Source of the DNA: Candidatus Latescibacterota bacterium | GTDB taxonomy: Bacteria; Latescibacterota; UBA2968; UBA8231 | Direction: 5' to 3' | Assembly: GCA_965208105.1 (NCBI GenBank) | Contig: OZ242318.1 | Location: 3,328,001 to 3,392,000 of the forward strand | DNA: 64,000 nt | In this document: piece by piece, positions 27,796-37,298 of the stretch | Numbering within the stretch: position 1 is the first letter of the stretch | Layout: every line of letters begins with the position of its first letter | Translations under genes and position numbers: made by a program | The notes under the pieces: generated by a model | Told to the model about the DNA's origin: nothing | Databases searched by the model: none | The model's input: only the letters and a program-made list of their open reading frames with translations

Positions 27796-28569
27796 TCAAA
27801 GGCGCCATACCAGCAGCAACTGGGCCGTGCTCTCGTCCTGGTCCGTGCCGAGCTTGTTGAGCCAATACTGGTATTCCACTCCCACCATGAACTGATGGGG
27901 AACTCCGGCTACGGCCCTGCCGAGATCCCAGGTGATTTGCGGCTGAGCGAGAACCGACCCTTTGAGGTCCTCGTTCAGCTCGTTGGTGCGACCGCCCAGG
28001 TACTCGGCATGGCCGACGACGGCCAGAGACTGATCCCCGATCCCGAAGGGGAGGGCCCAGTTGAGGTCGATCATGAAGCTGTTGTCGGCCTTGGGGGCGC
28101 CGCCACCCGCCAGGCCGATGTTGTCGTCCATGTAGGCGGTAAGGTCCGTGTTCAGAAACAGGAATCCCGGGATGTCCCAGGATACCCTCAGGCCCGGAAG
28201 GTACTTCAGGACTTTGGCCGCACCGCCCACGTTGACTCCGCCTATGATGGAAAAGTCAGCAACGGGGCCGAGGCTCAACTGCTCGTTGGACAGCTTGCCG
28301 AGACTCAAGGTTGGATACCACTCGGCGTAGAAGTCCCTCTCGTTGAAGCCGTCCTCCCCGCCGTCATTGAGGTAATCCAGAAAGAAGAAGCTGTCACCCA
28401 ACTTCCATCCCGAAGCCTGTTGCATGGTGAATACGAAGGTCCGATCCTGGGTTGCCGAGAATGGATTTTTCAGTTTGCCGTACTGCAGGTGGAACTCCGT
28501 TTGAGCTGGAATTGCGGTCCGGGTCACCAGGACCGCAGCCATCAGAAATCCGGCGTATGCTGTTTTCAT
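27796..28569 (-). CDS. Tsx/OmpK-like (nucleoside-binding) outer membrane channel
   Basis: Signal peptide, SGWKLGDSFFFLD, YAEWYPTLSLGK, GVEYQYWLNKLG, amphipathic terminal strand. Confidence 0.8.
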   Translation of the reverse strand: MKTAYAGFLMAAVLVTRTAIPAQTEFHLQYGKLKNPFSATQDRTFVFTMQQASGWKLGDSFFFLDYLNDGGEDGFNERDFYAEWYPTLSLGKLSNEQLSLGPVADFSIIGGVNVGGAAKVLKYLPGLRVSWDIPGFLFLNTDLTAYMDDNIGLAGGGAPKADNSFMIDLNWALPFGIGDQSLAVVGHAEYLGGRTNELNEDLKGSVLAQPQITWDLGRAVAGVPHQFMVGVEYQYWLNKLGTDQDESTAQLLLVWRL

Positions 28570-28790
28570 TGCCAGGCCTTCACCCTTTCATTGATGACGC
28601 ACAGGCTGGAGTTCAGGACAGATAAACGACCTTGCCCCGGGGCGGGTCAAGAAATTTTTTGGTGCTTTTTTCACGGTGGAGGGATGGTGCAGGCAGTATT
28701 ACTTGACCCCGGTGCATGGAAGACGCCATATTAATTGAATCGGATTGAATTATATCGGCAATAACCTACAACCCACGAGACTCTGGAACT

Positions 28791-29123
28791 ATGGAAATCA
28801 ATGTCGAACGTGAGGACGGAACCATGATCGCCGTGGTGAAAGGCCGGGTCGACAGCGCAAACGCCCGGGAATTCGAGCAAGTGCTCACCGAAGCCATCGG
28901 CGATGACCACAACGTAGTTATCGATTTCGCGGGGCTTGCCTACATCAGCAGTTCGGGTCTGCGCGTCCTTCTGATGGTGGCCAAGTCGCTGCGGCAGCGG
29001 TCGGCGCACCTTGCGCTGTGCTCCCTTTCGACGGCGATCCGGGAGGTTTTCGAGATCAGTGGCTTCGACAAGATCATTCCGATTCACGACACTCGCGCCG
29101 AAGCCGTTGCCGCGCTCGGCTGA
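28791..29123 (+). CDS. rsbV: STAS anti-anti-sigma factor, copy 2
   Basis: Close paralog of 23659-23991; YISSSGLRVLL. Confidence 0.92.
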   Translation: MEINVEREDGTMIAVVKGRVDSANAREFEQVLTEAIGDDHNVVIDFAGLAYISSSGLRVLLMVAKSLRQRSAHLALCSLSTAIREVFEISGFDKIIPIHDTRAEAVAALG

Positions 29124-29193
29124 GGCTGGGCTTCGCGCGCCTTGCTGGGTCCTGCCCCTCCCGCCTCATGCCGGGGTGCCGCAGGTGTGAGCC

Positions 29194-29616
29194 ATGAACA
29201 TTAACCGCTTACTGCGCATAGCGACTGACCTGGGTGAGTTGAAGCGGATTCACGCCCTGGTGGAGGATGTGGGGAAGGAAGCCTCCTGGTCCCCCAGTTT
29301 CATCTACCAGGTCAACCTCGTCCTCGAGGAGTTGGCCGTCAATGTCATCAACTACGGGCACGGCGGCGACCCCAATCACGAGATCGAGATCGTCCTGGAC
29401 TGGGACGATGACCAGCTCACCATCGAGATGGTGGACGATGCCCCCGTCTTCGATCCCCTGAAAGACGCCCCCGATCCCGACCTGACCTCGGCGCTCAAGG
29501 ACCGGCCCATTGGCGGCCTGGGGGTTTATCTGGTTTATACCTTCATGGATGAGTTGAGCTACCGCCACGAGGAGGGCCGCAACCATCTCACATTGGTCAA
29601 GCGGAGGAAGGGATGA
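29194..29616 (+). CDS. rsbW: RsbW-like anti-sigma factor/Ser kinase, copy 2
   Basis: Close paralog of 25423-25845; EELAVNVINYG, GGLGVYLV. Confidence 0.92.
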   Translation: MNINRLLRIATDLGELKRIHALVEDVGKEASWSPSFIYQVNLVLEELAVNVINYGHGGDPNHEIEIVLDWDDDQLTIEMVDDAPVFDPLKDAPDPDLTSALKDRPIGGLGVYLVYTFMDELSYRHEEGRNHLTLVKRRKG

Positions 29617-30776
29617 GGGCGGCGGCCGCCTCACTCGCAGTTTTTACTGCGGTTGTGGCGATTGACGCCGAAGAAACGGGGGTCTCCCACCAGCGCATCC
29701 TCTTTGGCCAGTCGGCGGCATTCAGTGGCCCCGCCCAGGAGCTGGGCAAGAATATGCGGCGCGGTATCCAGGCCGCGTTTGCGGAAGCCAACCGGCAGGG
29801 CGGCGTGCATGGCCGGCAGTTGGAGTTGCAGTCTCTCGACGACGCCTACGAACCCGAGGCCGCCATCGCCAACACCCGCCAACTTATCGAGCAGGAAGGG
29901 GTGTTCGCGCTCATCGGCGCAGTCGGCACCCCCACCTCGCGCTCGGCCACTCCTGTAGCCGCCGCCGCCGCCGTTCCCTACATCGCTCCTTTCACCGGCG
30001 CCGCTTTCCTGCGCCAGCCGATGTGGTCCAACGTGATCAACCTGCGGGCCTCCTACAACCAGGAGACCGAGGCCATGGTCGCGCGCCTGACAGCGGACCT
30101 GGGCATCGAGCGCATCGCGGTGATGTATCAGGACGACTCCTTCGGACGGGCTGGCTACCGCGGGGCGCGCCAGGCGCTCGAGCGCCGAGGCATGGAGCCG
30201 GTGGCCATAGGCGTGTACCCGCGCAATACCACGGCGGTGAAGACCGCCCTGCTCGACTTGCGCAGCGCAGATCCGGGCGCCGTCATCCTGGTGGGGGCGT
30301 ACCAGCCTGTGGCGGCCCTTATCGCCTGGGCCCGGCACACCGGCTGGGACCCGGTCTTCATAACCATCTCCTTCGTGGGCAGCAATGCCCTGGCCCGGGA
30401 GCTGGGCCGCGGCGGCACCGGTGTCTTCGTCACCCAGGTTGTTCCCTTTCCCGCCAACGACATCCCTCCGGTGGTCGCCGCCTACCGCCGCGCCCTGGCC
30501 GCCCATGCGCCTGAAGCCGCGCCCGGCTTCGTATCCCTGGAAGGCTACCTGGCAGGCCGATTGGCCATTGCCGCCCTCGAACGCTGCGGTCCCGAGGTTG
30601 ACCGGGCTCGCTTCCTGGAGAGTCTGCGCCGCGACGGTCTCATCGACCTTGGGGGCTTCGAGCTGAGCTACGGGGAAGCAGACAACCAGGGATCGGATGC
30701 CGTCTTCCTGACCGCGATCGGCAGCGACGGCACCTATTTCCCGATCGATACCCTGCGCGAGGCGAAAATGCCATGA
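29613..30776 (+). CDS. Type I periplasmic ligand-binding protein (LivJ-like fold), no adjacent permease
   Basis: GQSAAFSGP, GGVHGR, LDDAYEP, VGTPTS, LRASY; overlaps both neighbours. Confidence 0.88.
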   Translation: MRAAAASLAVFTAVVAIDAEETGVSHQRILFGQSAAFSGPAQELGKNMRRGIQAAFAEANRQGGVHGRQLELQSLDDAYEPEAAIANTRQLIEQEGVFALIGAVGTPTSRSATPVAAAAAVPYIAPFTGAAFLRQPMWSNVINLRASYNQETEAMVARLTADLGIERIAVMYQDDSFGRAGYRGARQALERRGMEPVAIGVYPRNTTAVKTALLDLRSADPGAVILVGAYQPVAALIAWARHTGWDPVFITISFVGSNALARELGRGGTGVFVTQVVPFPANDIPPVVAAYRRALAAHAPEAAPGFVSLEGYLAGRLAIAALERCGPEVDRARFLESLRRDGLIDLGGFELSYGEADNQGSDAVFLTAIGSDGTYFPIDTLREAKMP

Positions 30777-32986
30777 CCGGCCTGCTCAAACGCCTGCTCA
30801 AGGGCCGTTTCCGCATCTCGGCGCAGCTCTATTTCGGCATCGGCGGCGCCGTCGCCCTTACCATGGGGGCGAGTCTGGTCGGCTGGTTCGCTTTCAACAA
30901 GGTGGGCGACTCCCAGCGTCTGGTAAACGAGGACAGCCTTCCGGAGATGGCGGCCGCCTTCGCCGTCGCCCAGCAAAGCGGCACTCTGACGGCCGCCGCT
31001 CCTCGCCTGACGGCCGCGGCCACTCCCGAGGATTTCGCCAGGGTGGCCGCCGGGATCGCCGCGGAGCGGGAGGCCTTCGAGACCCGCCTGGAGGAGCTGA
31101 CCCGGCAGGGAGGGGAGGATGAGCGCTTCGTGCGCATTCGCGCCCACGGAGACTCGCTGATCGCCAACATCGCCGCCATCGACAGCTCGGTGGCCGAGCG
31201 CTTCGCCCTGGCCGCCCGCAGCGAGGCGCTCCGCGCCGAATTGGCCGCGGTTCGCGGCGGGTTGGTGGGGATTCTGGTCCCCGCCATTGACGATCAGCTA
31301 TTCTATGCCATGACCGGCTACCGGAACCTCGGTGAAGCCCCCGTTTCCCGCGCTCGCCATTTCTCGGAGGTGGAGTTCGACCGCTATCGTCACCTGGCCG
31401 AGCTGCAGGCGGACGCCACCATCGCCATCCAGCTTCTCGCCAGCGCCTTCAACCTGTCTGACGCCGCCCTGATCGAGCCTCTGCGGGAGCGCTTCGAGGC
31501 CGCAGCCGGCAGGATCGAGCGCCGCCGGTCGGTCTTCGGAGCTACCCCTTCGCAGGACCGCATCGCCGGGGCTTTCGAACGCTTGTTCCGCCTGGGGTTG
31601 GGCGAGCAGAGCGGCTTCAATTTGCGCGCCAGCGAGCTCGGGCTCGCGGAGCAGCAAAGGGGGCTGCTCGGCCGCAACCGCAGCCTTGCCATCGACCTCG
31701 TCGCCGAGGTGGAGGGTCTGGTGAGCGAGGCCCGCACGAGCGCCGAGGAAGCCTCCCAGGCCTCCACCGAGGCGATCCTCACGGGACGCCGTCTGCTCCT
31801 TGCCCTCAACGTGGTCAGCATCGTGGGGGCCCTGCTGATCGCCTACCTGTTCGTAGGCCGGGTCCTCCTGCGCCGCCTGGAGCGGTTGTCCGACCGCATG
31901 CGCGGGATGGCCGGAGGTGATCTGGAGACCAGGGTCGATATCGGCGGCCACGACGAGGTCGCCGACATGGCTTCGGCGCTCGAGGTCTTCCGTCGCCACG
32001 CTCTCGAGGTCCAGCGCCTGAACCTAGTGGAGAAGCTGGCCGAAGAGCTGAAGGACAAGAACAGCCAGCTCGAAAGCGTGCTGGCGGACTTGCGCCGCGC
32101 CCAGGACCAGATCGTGATGCGCGAGAAACTGGCCGCCCTCGGCGAGCTCACCGCCGGCGTGGCTCACGAAATCAAGAACCCGCTGAACTTCGTGAAGAAC
32201 TTCTCGGAGGTATCGGTGGAGCTGTTGGAGGAGATGCAGGAAGTCCTGCGCGAGGATGAAGTTCAGCTGGGCGATGAGCAGCGCGAGGTGGTCGAAGAGA
32301 TCTGCGGCGACCTCAGTGCCAACCTGGGACGCATTTGTCAGCACGGCGAGCGCGCCAACGGAATCGTGCACGATATGCTGTCCATGGGCAGGGGCGGGGG
32401 AGAGCGCCAGCTGACCGACATCAACCGGCTACTCGACGAGCATGCACGGCTCGCTTACCACAGCGCGCGGGCGACCGATCCCAATTTCAACCTGACCATC
32501 GATGAGAATCTCGATCCGGGGGCAGGACAGATAGAGATCGTGCCCCAGGACCTTGGCCGCGTCTTCCTCAACATGGTGAGCAACGCCTGCCACGCCACCG
32601 ACGAAAGGCGCCGCGCCGGGAAAGATGGAGAGAAATACGAACCAACCCTGTCCATGGCCACCCGCCGCCTGGACGAGAGCATCGAGGTGCGGATCAGGGA
32701 CAACGGCAGCGGGATCCCGCCGGATGTCATCGATAAAATTTTCAACCCCTTCTTCACCACCAAGCCGACCGATCAGGGAACGGGGCTCGGTCTGGCGCTG
32801 TCCAACGATATCGTGCGCCAGCACGGGGGCACCATCCGGGTCGAGTCCGAACCCGGCGAGTTCACCGAAATGATTGTCGACCTGCCTCTTTCCCCTCCAT
32901 CCGAGGCGCTGGCCGATGGAGAAGGAGAGCCGGAGGGGGCGTCCCTGGGCGAGCCGCTGGGAGAGGGAAGAGAGCAGCCGGCGTAG
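30773..32986 (+). CDS. Sensor histidine kinase with TorS-like helical periplasmic domain and HAMP
   Basis: Two TM helices, long helical periplasmic region, HAMP (GGHDEVADM), AHEIKNPLNF H-box, NACHA, DNGSGI, FNPFFTTK, GTGLGL. Confidence 0.9.
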   Translation: MTGLLKRLLKGRFRISAQLYFGIGGAVALTMGASLVGWFAFNKVGDSQRLVNEDSLPEMAAAFAVAQQSGTLTAAAPRLTAAATPEDFARVAAGIAAEREAFETRLEELTRQGGEDERFVRIRAHGDSLIANIAAIDSSVAERFALAARSEALRAELAAVRGGLVGILVPAIDDQLFYAMTGYRNLGEAPVSRARHFSEVEFDRYRHLAELQADATIAIQLLASAFNLSDAALIEPLRERFEAAAGRIERRRSVFGATPSQDRIAGAFERLFRLGLGEQSGFNLRASELGLAEQQRGLLGRNRSLAIDLVAEVEGLVSEARTSAEEASQASTEAILTGRRLLLALNVVSIVGALLIAYLFVGRVLLRRLERLSDRMRGMAGGDLETRVDIGGHDEVADMASALEVFRRHALEVQRLNLVEKLAEELKDKNSQLESVLADLRRAQDQIVMREKLAALGELTAGVAHEIKNPLNFVKNFSEVSVELLEEMQEVLREDEVQLGDEQREVVEEICGDLSANLGRICQHGERANGIVHDMLSMGRGGGERQLTDINRLLDEHARLAYHSARATDPNFNLTIDENLDPGAGQIEIVPQDLGRVFLNMVSNACHATDERRRAGKDGEKYEPTLSMATRRLDESIEVRIRDNGSGIPPDVIDKIFNPFFTTKPTDQGTGLGLALSNDIVRQHGGTIRVESEPGEFTEMIVDLPLSPPSEALADGEGEPEGASLGEPLGEGREQPA

Positions 32987-33060
32987 ATTCCCTTTGCTCC
33001 TTCTCCACACTCCCCATGAAACAATCGCGGTCGAAAATGTTGATGAAAGGAAGCTGACAG

Positions 33061-33945
33061 GTGGCAAGCCCGATGGAGTCCTCGTTGGCGCTGCTCGCTT
33101 CCGAGGAGGTGTTCCCGATCCCGGACCGGATGAGCAGGAGGAAATGGGATGGTCCGTGGTGGCACATGGCCACTCTCTGCGAGATGGGTGAATCCAACAG
33201 GATCCCCCGGTCGGCTGCCGAAGGGGCCCTGGAACTGCTCAAGCACGGGGCCTGGCCGCGGTTCGTTCTCACCGAGGAAGAGGCTCCCGGGAGCGAGGCG
33301 GACAGGGCGAAGATGGACTGCTGCCACTGCGAGCTGGGTGTGTTCTACATGATACTCTCCGCGTGTGGGTTCGAGGTCGACGTGGAGCTTCCCTGGATCC
33401 GGGCGTGGTTCCTGGAGCACCAGCTTCCGGACGGTGGACTGAATTGTGAACCCTCGGCCTATGGCGGGTCGCGCAAAAGTTCCGTCGTGTCGACACTGCC
33501 TCCGCTGGAAGCCGTGCTCTTTTTCACGAGGCGGGAGTATACGGCTGCCGAGGCCGAATTCCTCGACGAGGGCGCGCGCTACCTGATCGAACATCGCCTG
33601 GTCTGCTCGAAGAAAGACGGTGCTGTCATCAACGGGGAATGGCTGAAACCCTTCTTCCCGCGGTTCTTCGAGTACGATATTTTGCGAGGGATGTACTTTC
33701 TCGTGGAGTGGTCGAGGCGAAGAAGGAAAGTCCTTCCCGGAGATTTGATTGAAGAAGGTCTTCACCGGATTGGAGGCTATACGGGGAAATCAGGGGTCGT
33801 CATCGGCAGGCACGTGAACGACGAGAGCGGCGGCTGGTACGGAAGTTCTTTTCCGCTGCTGCAATCGGTGAGTCAAGTGGGCAAGGAGTCTCCCTACCTG
33901 ACAAGGCAACTGGACGCGGTAGTAGCAGCCGCGCAAACAGGCTAG
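33061..33945 (+). CDS. Hypothetical alpha/alpha-barrel (prenyltransferase/squalene cyclase-like) protein
   Basis: WFLEHQLPDGGLNC QW-like repeat, GARYLIEHRL, FEYDILRG. Confidence 0.65.
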   Translation: MASPMESSLALLASEEVFPIPDRMSRRKWDGPWWHMATLCEMGESNRIPRSAAEGALELLKHGAWPRFVLTEEEAPGSEADRAKMDCCHCELGVFYMILSACGFEVDVELPWIRAWFLEHQLPDGGLNCEPSAYGGSRKSSVVSTLPPLEAVLFFTRREYTAAEAEFLDEGARYLIEHRLVCSKKDGAVINGEWLKPFFPRFFEYDILRGMYFLVEWSRRRRKVLPGDLIEEGLHRIGGYTGKSGVVIGRHVNDESGGWYGSSFPLLQSVSQVGKESPYLTRQLDAVVAAAQTG

Positions 33946-34130
33946 CCTCCCGCCGCGGTTTTTTGACGCACCAGGGGGGATCACTCTTCTTCCGTTGAAT
34001 AGAAGGAGGCGGAGAATGTTTCCATGTAGCGTCCGGATCTCCCTCTGCACAGGTCCGATCCAGCGGTCTGCATGGGGCCATCCCGCCCTCACCGGTAGCG
34101 ATAATTACCCATCTTGATAGGAGAACAGCC

Positions 34131-35516
34131 ATGGGAACATTTCGAAATATATTATTGAACCATTGCCGCAATCTTCCGGCGGTCAGGAGAACATTCGCGG
34201 TGATCGGCGGCCTGGCCTGCGTCCCGACAGTTGCCCATGCCGCCGTCAGCGAGGAGACCATGTTCGTTTTCAACACCTTCTCCTTCCTCGTCTGGGGAGC
34301 CCTGGTGATGTGGATGTGCGCCGGTTTCACCATGCTCGAGTCCGGCTCGGTGCGCACCAAGAACGCCTCCATGATCTGCCTGAAAAATATCGGTCTCTAC
34401 TCTATCGCCGGGCTCGCCTACTACTTCATAGGCTACAACCTCATGTACGTCGACGTAGGAAAGCTGATTGGTTCGTTCAAGCTGCTTTATGGACCCTCCG
34501 CCGCCGACCTCGCGCTGGTGGCAGGGAAGGAGGGGGCAGCGGCCGCGGCGATCGCAAAGGGCCATTCCACCATGTCGGACTGGTTCTTCCAGATGGTATT
34601 CGTGGCCACCGCGGCCTCCATCGTCTCCGGCACCCTGGCCGAGCGCGTCAAGATGTGGTCGTTCTTCCTTTTCACCCTGGTACTGACCGCCGTTATCTAC
34701 CCCGTGGTCGGCGCCTGGACGTGGGGTGGGGGATGGCTGAGCGATATGGGGTTCAAGGATTTCGCCGGCTCCACCATCGTGCACAGCACCGGCGGCTGGG
34801 CTGCTCTCGCCGGCGCCCTGGTGGTCGGTCCCCGCCTCGGCAAGTTCCGCGGCGACGGTTCGGTCAGGCCCACGCCGCCCTCCAACATCCTGGCGGTGAC
34901 CCTGGGGGTCTTCATCCTCTGGTTCGGCTGGTTCGGTTTCAACGGGGGTTCGCAACTGGCCCTGGGCAGCGCGGCTGACGTGGTTGCCATGAGCCACGTG
35001 TTGGTCAACACCAACCTTGCCGCAGCTGCCGGGGTCATGACCGCCCTGGCCATCTCGCGTCCCATCCTTGGGCGCGTGGATCTGTTCGCCGGCCTCAACG
35101 GCGCAATTGCCGGTCTGGTCGCGATTACCGCGGGCCCAGATATCGTCCAGCACTATTGGGCGGTGATCATCGGCGCCGTAGGCGGCGGTGTGTGCACCAT
35201 CGGGATCAAGCTCTTAGAGAGGGTCAAGCTGGACGACGTGGTTGGGGCGGTACCCGCCCACCTGTTCTCCGGCATCTGGGGTACTCTGGCTGTCTGCATA
35301 GTCGGAGGAGGCAGCTTCGGCGTGCAACTGCTCGGCGTGGTGGCAGTGGGAGTGTTCGTATTCGCAGTTTCGTATCTGCTGTGGCGCCTGCTGGAGGCGA
35401 CTATAAGCGTCCGGGTATCGCGCCAGGTCGAGCGCCTGGGCCAGGATGTGGGAGAGCTGGGAATCGAAGCCTATCCCGAATTCGTGCTCATGCCGGAAGA
35501 GGAAGACCAGGAATGA
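34131..35516 (+). CDS. amtB: Ammonium transporter Amt
   Basis: FFQMVF, DFAGSTIVH, WFGWFGFNGGS, DDVVGAVPAH twin-His; RBS AGGAG. Confidence 0.95.
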   Translation: MGTFRNILLNHCRNLPAVRRTFAVIGGLACVPTVAHAAVSEETMFVFNTFSFLVWGALVMWMCAGFTMLESGSVRTKNASMICLKNIGLYSIAGLAYYFIGYNLMYVDVGKLIGSFKLLYGPSAADLALVAGKEGAAAAAIAKGHSTMSDWFFQMVFVATAASIVSGTLAERVKMWSFFLFTLVLTAVIYPVVGAWTWGGGWLSDMGFKDFAGSTIVHSTGGWAALAGALVVGPRLGKFRGDGSVRPTPPSNILAVTLGVFILWFGWFGFNGGSQLALGSAADVVAMSHVLVNTNLAAAAGVMTALAISRPILGRVDLFAGLNGAIAGLVAITAGPDIVQHYWAVIIGAVGGGVCTIGIKLLERVKLDDVVGAVPAHLFSGIWGTLAVCIVGGGSFGVQLLGVVAVGVFVFAVSYLLWRLLEATISVRVSRQVERLGQDVGELGIEAYPEFVLMPEEEDQE

Positions 35517-35795
35517 GGGGCAGTGCGGTCGTTCTCCACTGTCAGGTCGGGGAAGGGCCGCACCGCATCCGTCTACTCCGTTGGTGTATAATAAGGAGGC
35601 AAAGGAGTCAATCTCCCCTTTTGTCGAGGTGAATAGTGAATTTGCCTTATTGCCAATGCTGTAGTACCTTATGTGCCGGACAGTAATTCACTATCATCCC
35701 TCCGAAGATTTCCACGCGTCACCATCTCGCATTTCGGTTCAGATACCCAAACGAGAGAAGCCGCCAGTTATCTCGGGTATCACAGACAGGACGAA

Positions 35796-37076
35796 ATGCA
35801 GACATTCGACTCACTTCCGCTCCATCCTTCCATCCTCCAAGCCCTTTCTGAAGAGGGCTACGAAACACCGACACCGATACAGTCACGGGCCATTCCCGTT
35901 TCTCTCGGTGGACGTGACGTGTTGGGAACCGCGCAGACAGGAACCGGTAAGACGGCAGCATTCGCTCTTCCTATCCTTCATCTGCTGGACGAAGAGCGCC
36001 CCCATAGCGACGAGGGGCCGCGCGCGCTGATTTTGACGCCGACGCGCGAACTGGCGCTCCAGATCGACCGCAGCTTCAAGGCCTATGGCCGGCAGTTGAG
36101 GTTGCGCACTTCGGTTCTCGTAGGCGGCATCCCTGTCCAAAAACAAATTAGCAGCTTGCAACGGCGCCCCGACATCCTGGTCGCGACACCCGGCCGACTG
36201 CTGGATCTGCTCAGCCAGGACAAAGTCCGTCTGAACCGGGTCCGCAAGTTTGTTCTGGACGAAGCAGATCGAATGCTCGACATGGGTTTCATTCCCGACG
36301 TTCGCAGGATCGCCGCGCAGCTCCCGAGGAAACGGCAGACATTCTTTTTTTCAGCAACGATGCCGCGCGACGTCGAAAAACTCGCCAATACGCTGCTCGG
36401 CGCTTCCGTCCGGATCGAGATCGACCCGCCGGCCGCGGTCGCGGACAGAATCACGCAGGCAGTGATGTTTGTCGAGAAGGCCAACAAGCGGGCGCTGCTG
36501 ACCAGCATGCTCAAGGACACCGACGTGAGCCGTGCGCTTGTTTTTACCCGAACCAAGCATCGGGCGAATCGTATATCCCGGCAACTGAAGGATCGCGGCA
36601 TTGCGGCAGACGCCATCCACGGGAACAAAACACAGAAAGCGCGGGAGCTGGCATTGAGCAGGTTCGGCCAAGGGCGTGTGAAGGTTCTTGTTGCGACAGA
36701 TATCGCGGCGCGGGGCATCGACGTCGATGGAATCTCGCACGTGATCAACTACGAATTGCCAAACGACCCGGAAAGCTACATCCACCGCGTCGGGCGCACT
36801 GCCAGGGCTGGAGCCGCAGGGCGCGCGGTGTCCCTGTGCGATGTGGATGAAGTTGACTGCCTGGCCGACATTGAGCGACTGACGAAGCTGAAGATTGCGC
36901 CGATCGAAGATCATCCCTTTCACTGCGGCAGAACCGCAGCGATCTATGGTGAATTGTCCCATGGAATCCGTGGCGGCAAGAAACCCGTATCGCGGCAGTG
37001 GCAGCCCAGAGGACGGAAGGGAAAGCAATTTCGGGGCAAGCTCTCCGCGGCAATCTCCCAAAATAAGACAGCCTGA
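35796..37076 (+). CDS. rhlE: DEAD-box RNA helicase (RhlE-like)
   Basis: Q motif PTPIQ, AQTGTGKT, PTRELA, DEADRMLDMGF, SAT, HRVGRTARAG. Confidence 0.93.
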   Translation: MQTFDSLPLHPSILQALSEEGYETPTPIQSRAIPVSLGGRDVLGTAQTGTGKTAAFALPILHLLDEERPHSDEGPRALILTPTRELALQIDRSFKAYGRQLRLRTSVLVGGIPVQKQISSLQRRPDILVATPGRLLDLLSQDKVRLNRVRKFVLDEADRMLDMGFIPDVRRIAAQLPRKRQTFFFSATMPRDVEKLANTLLGASVRIEIDPPAAVADRITQAVMFVEKANKRALLTSMLKDTDVSRALVFTRTKHRANRISRQLKDRGIAADAIHGNKTQKARELALSRFGQGRVKVLVATDIAARGIDVDGISHVINYELPNDPESYIHRVGRTARAGAAGRAVSLCDVDEVDCLADIERLTKLKIAPIEDHPFHCGRTAAIYGELSHGIRGGKKPVSRQWQPRGRKGKQFRGKLSAAISQNKTA

Positions 37077-37298
37077 GACAACGAGTCGGGTTCGGGTGTC
37101 GCTTGCCAGGATTTTAGCTGCGATGGCCTCGGATTCTTCCAGTTTCTCGGGTTTTTGATCATATCCGCCTCTTGTCGATAGACTGGCCCTGGCACCTATT
37201 ATTCCCGCATCTTAACGCCCGGGAATGGTGATAGGGCAAATGCATCCCAGGCACACGTGCCCGATCCGCTCCCGCACCAATAACCCAAGGAGGATTTC

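Noticed and set aside
28644-28732. Inverted GGGTCAAG/CTTGACCC between the Tsx-like gene and rsbV2
   Set aside because: Explained as divergent -35 boxes; -10 elements too weak to call, and no evidence for IS ends or an invertible switch
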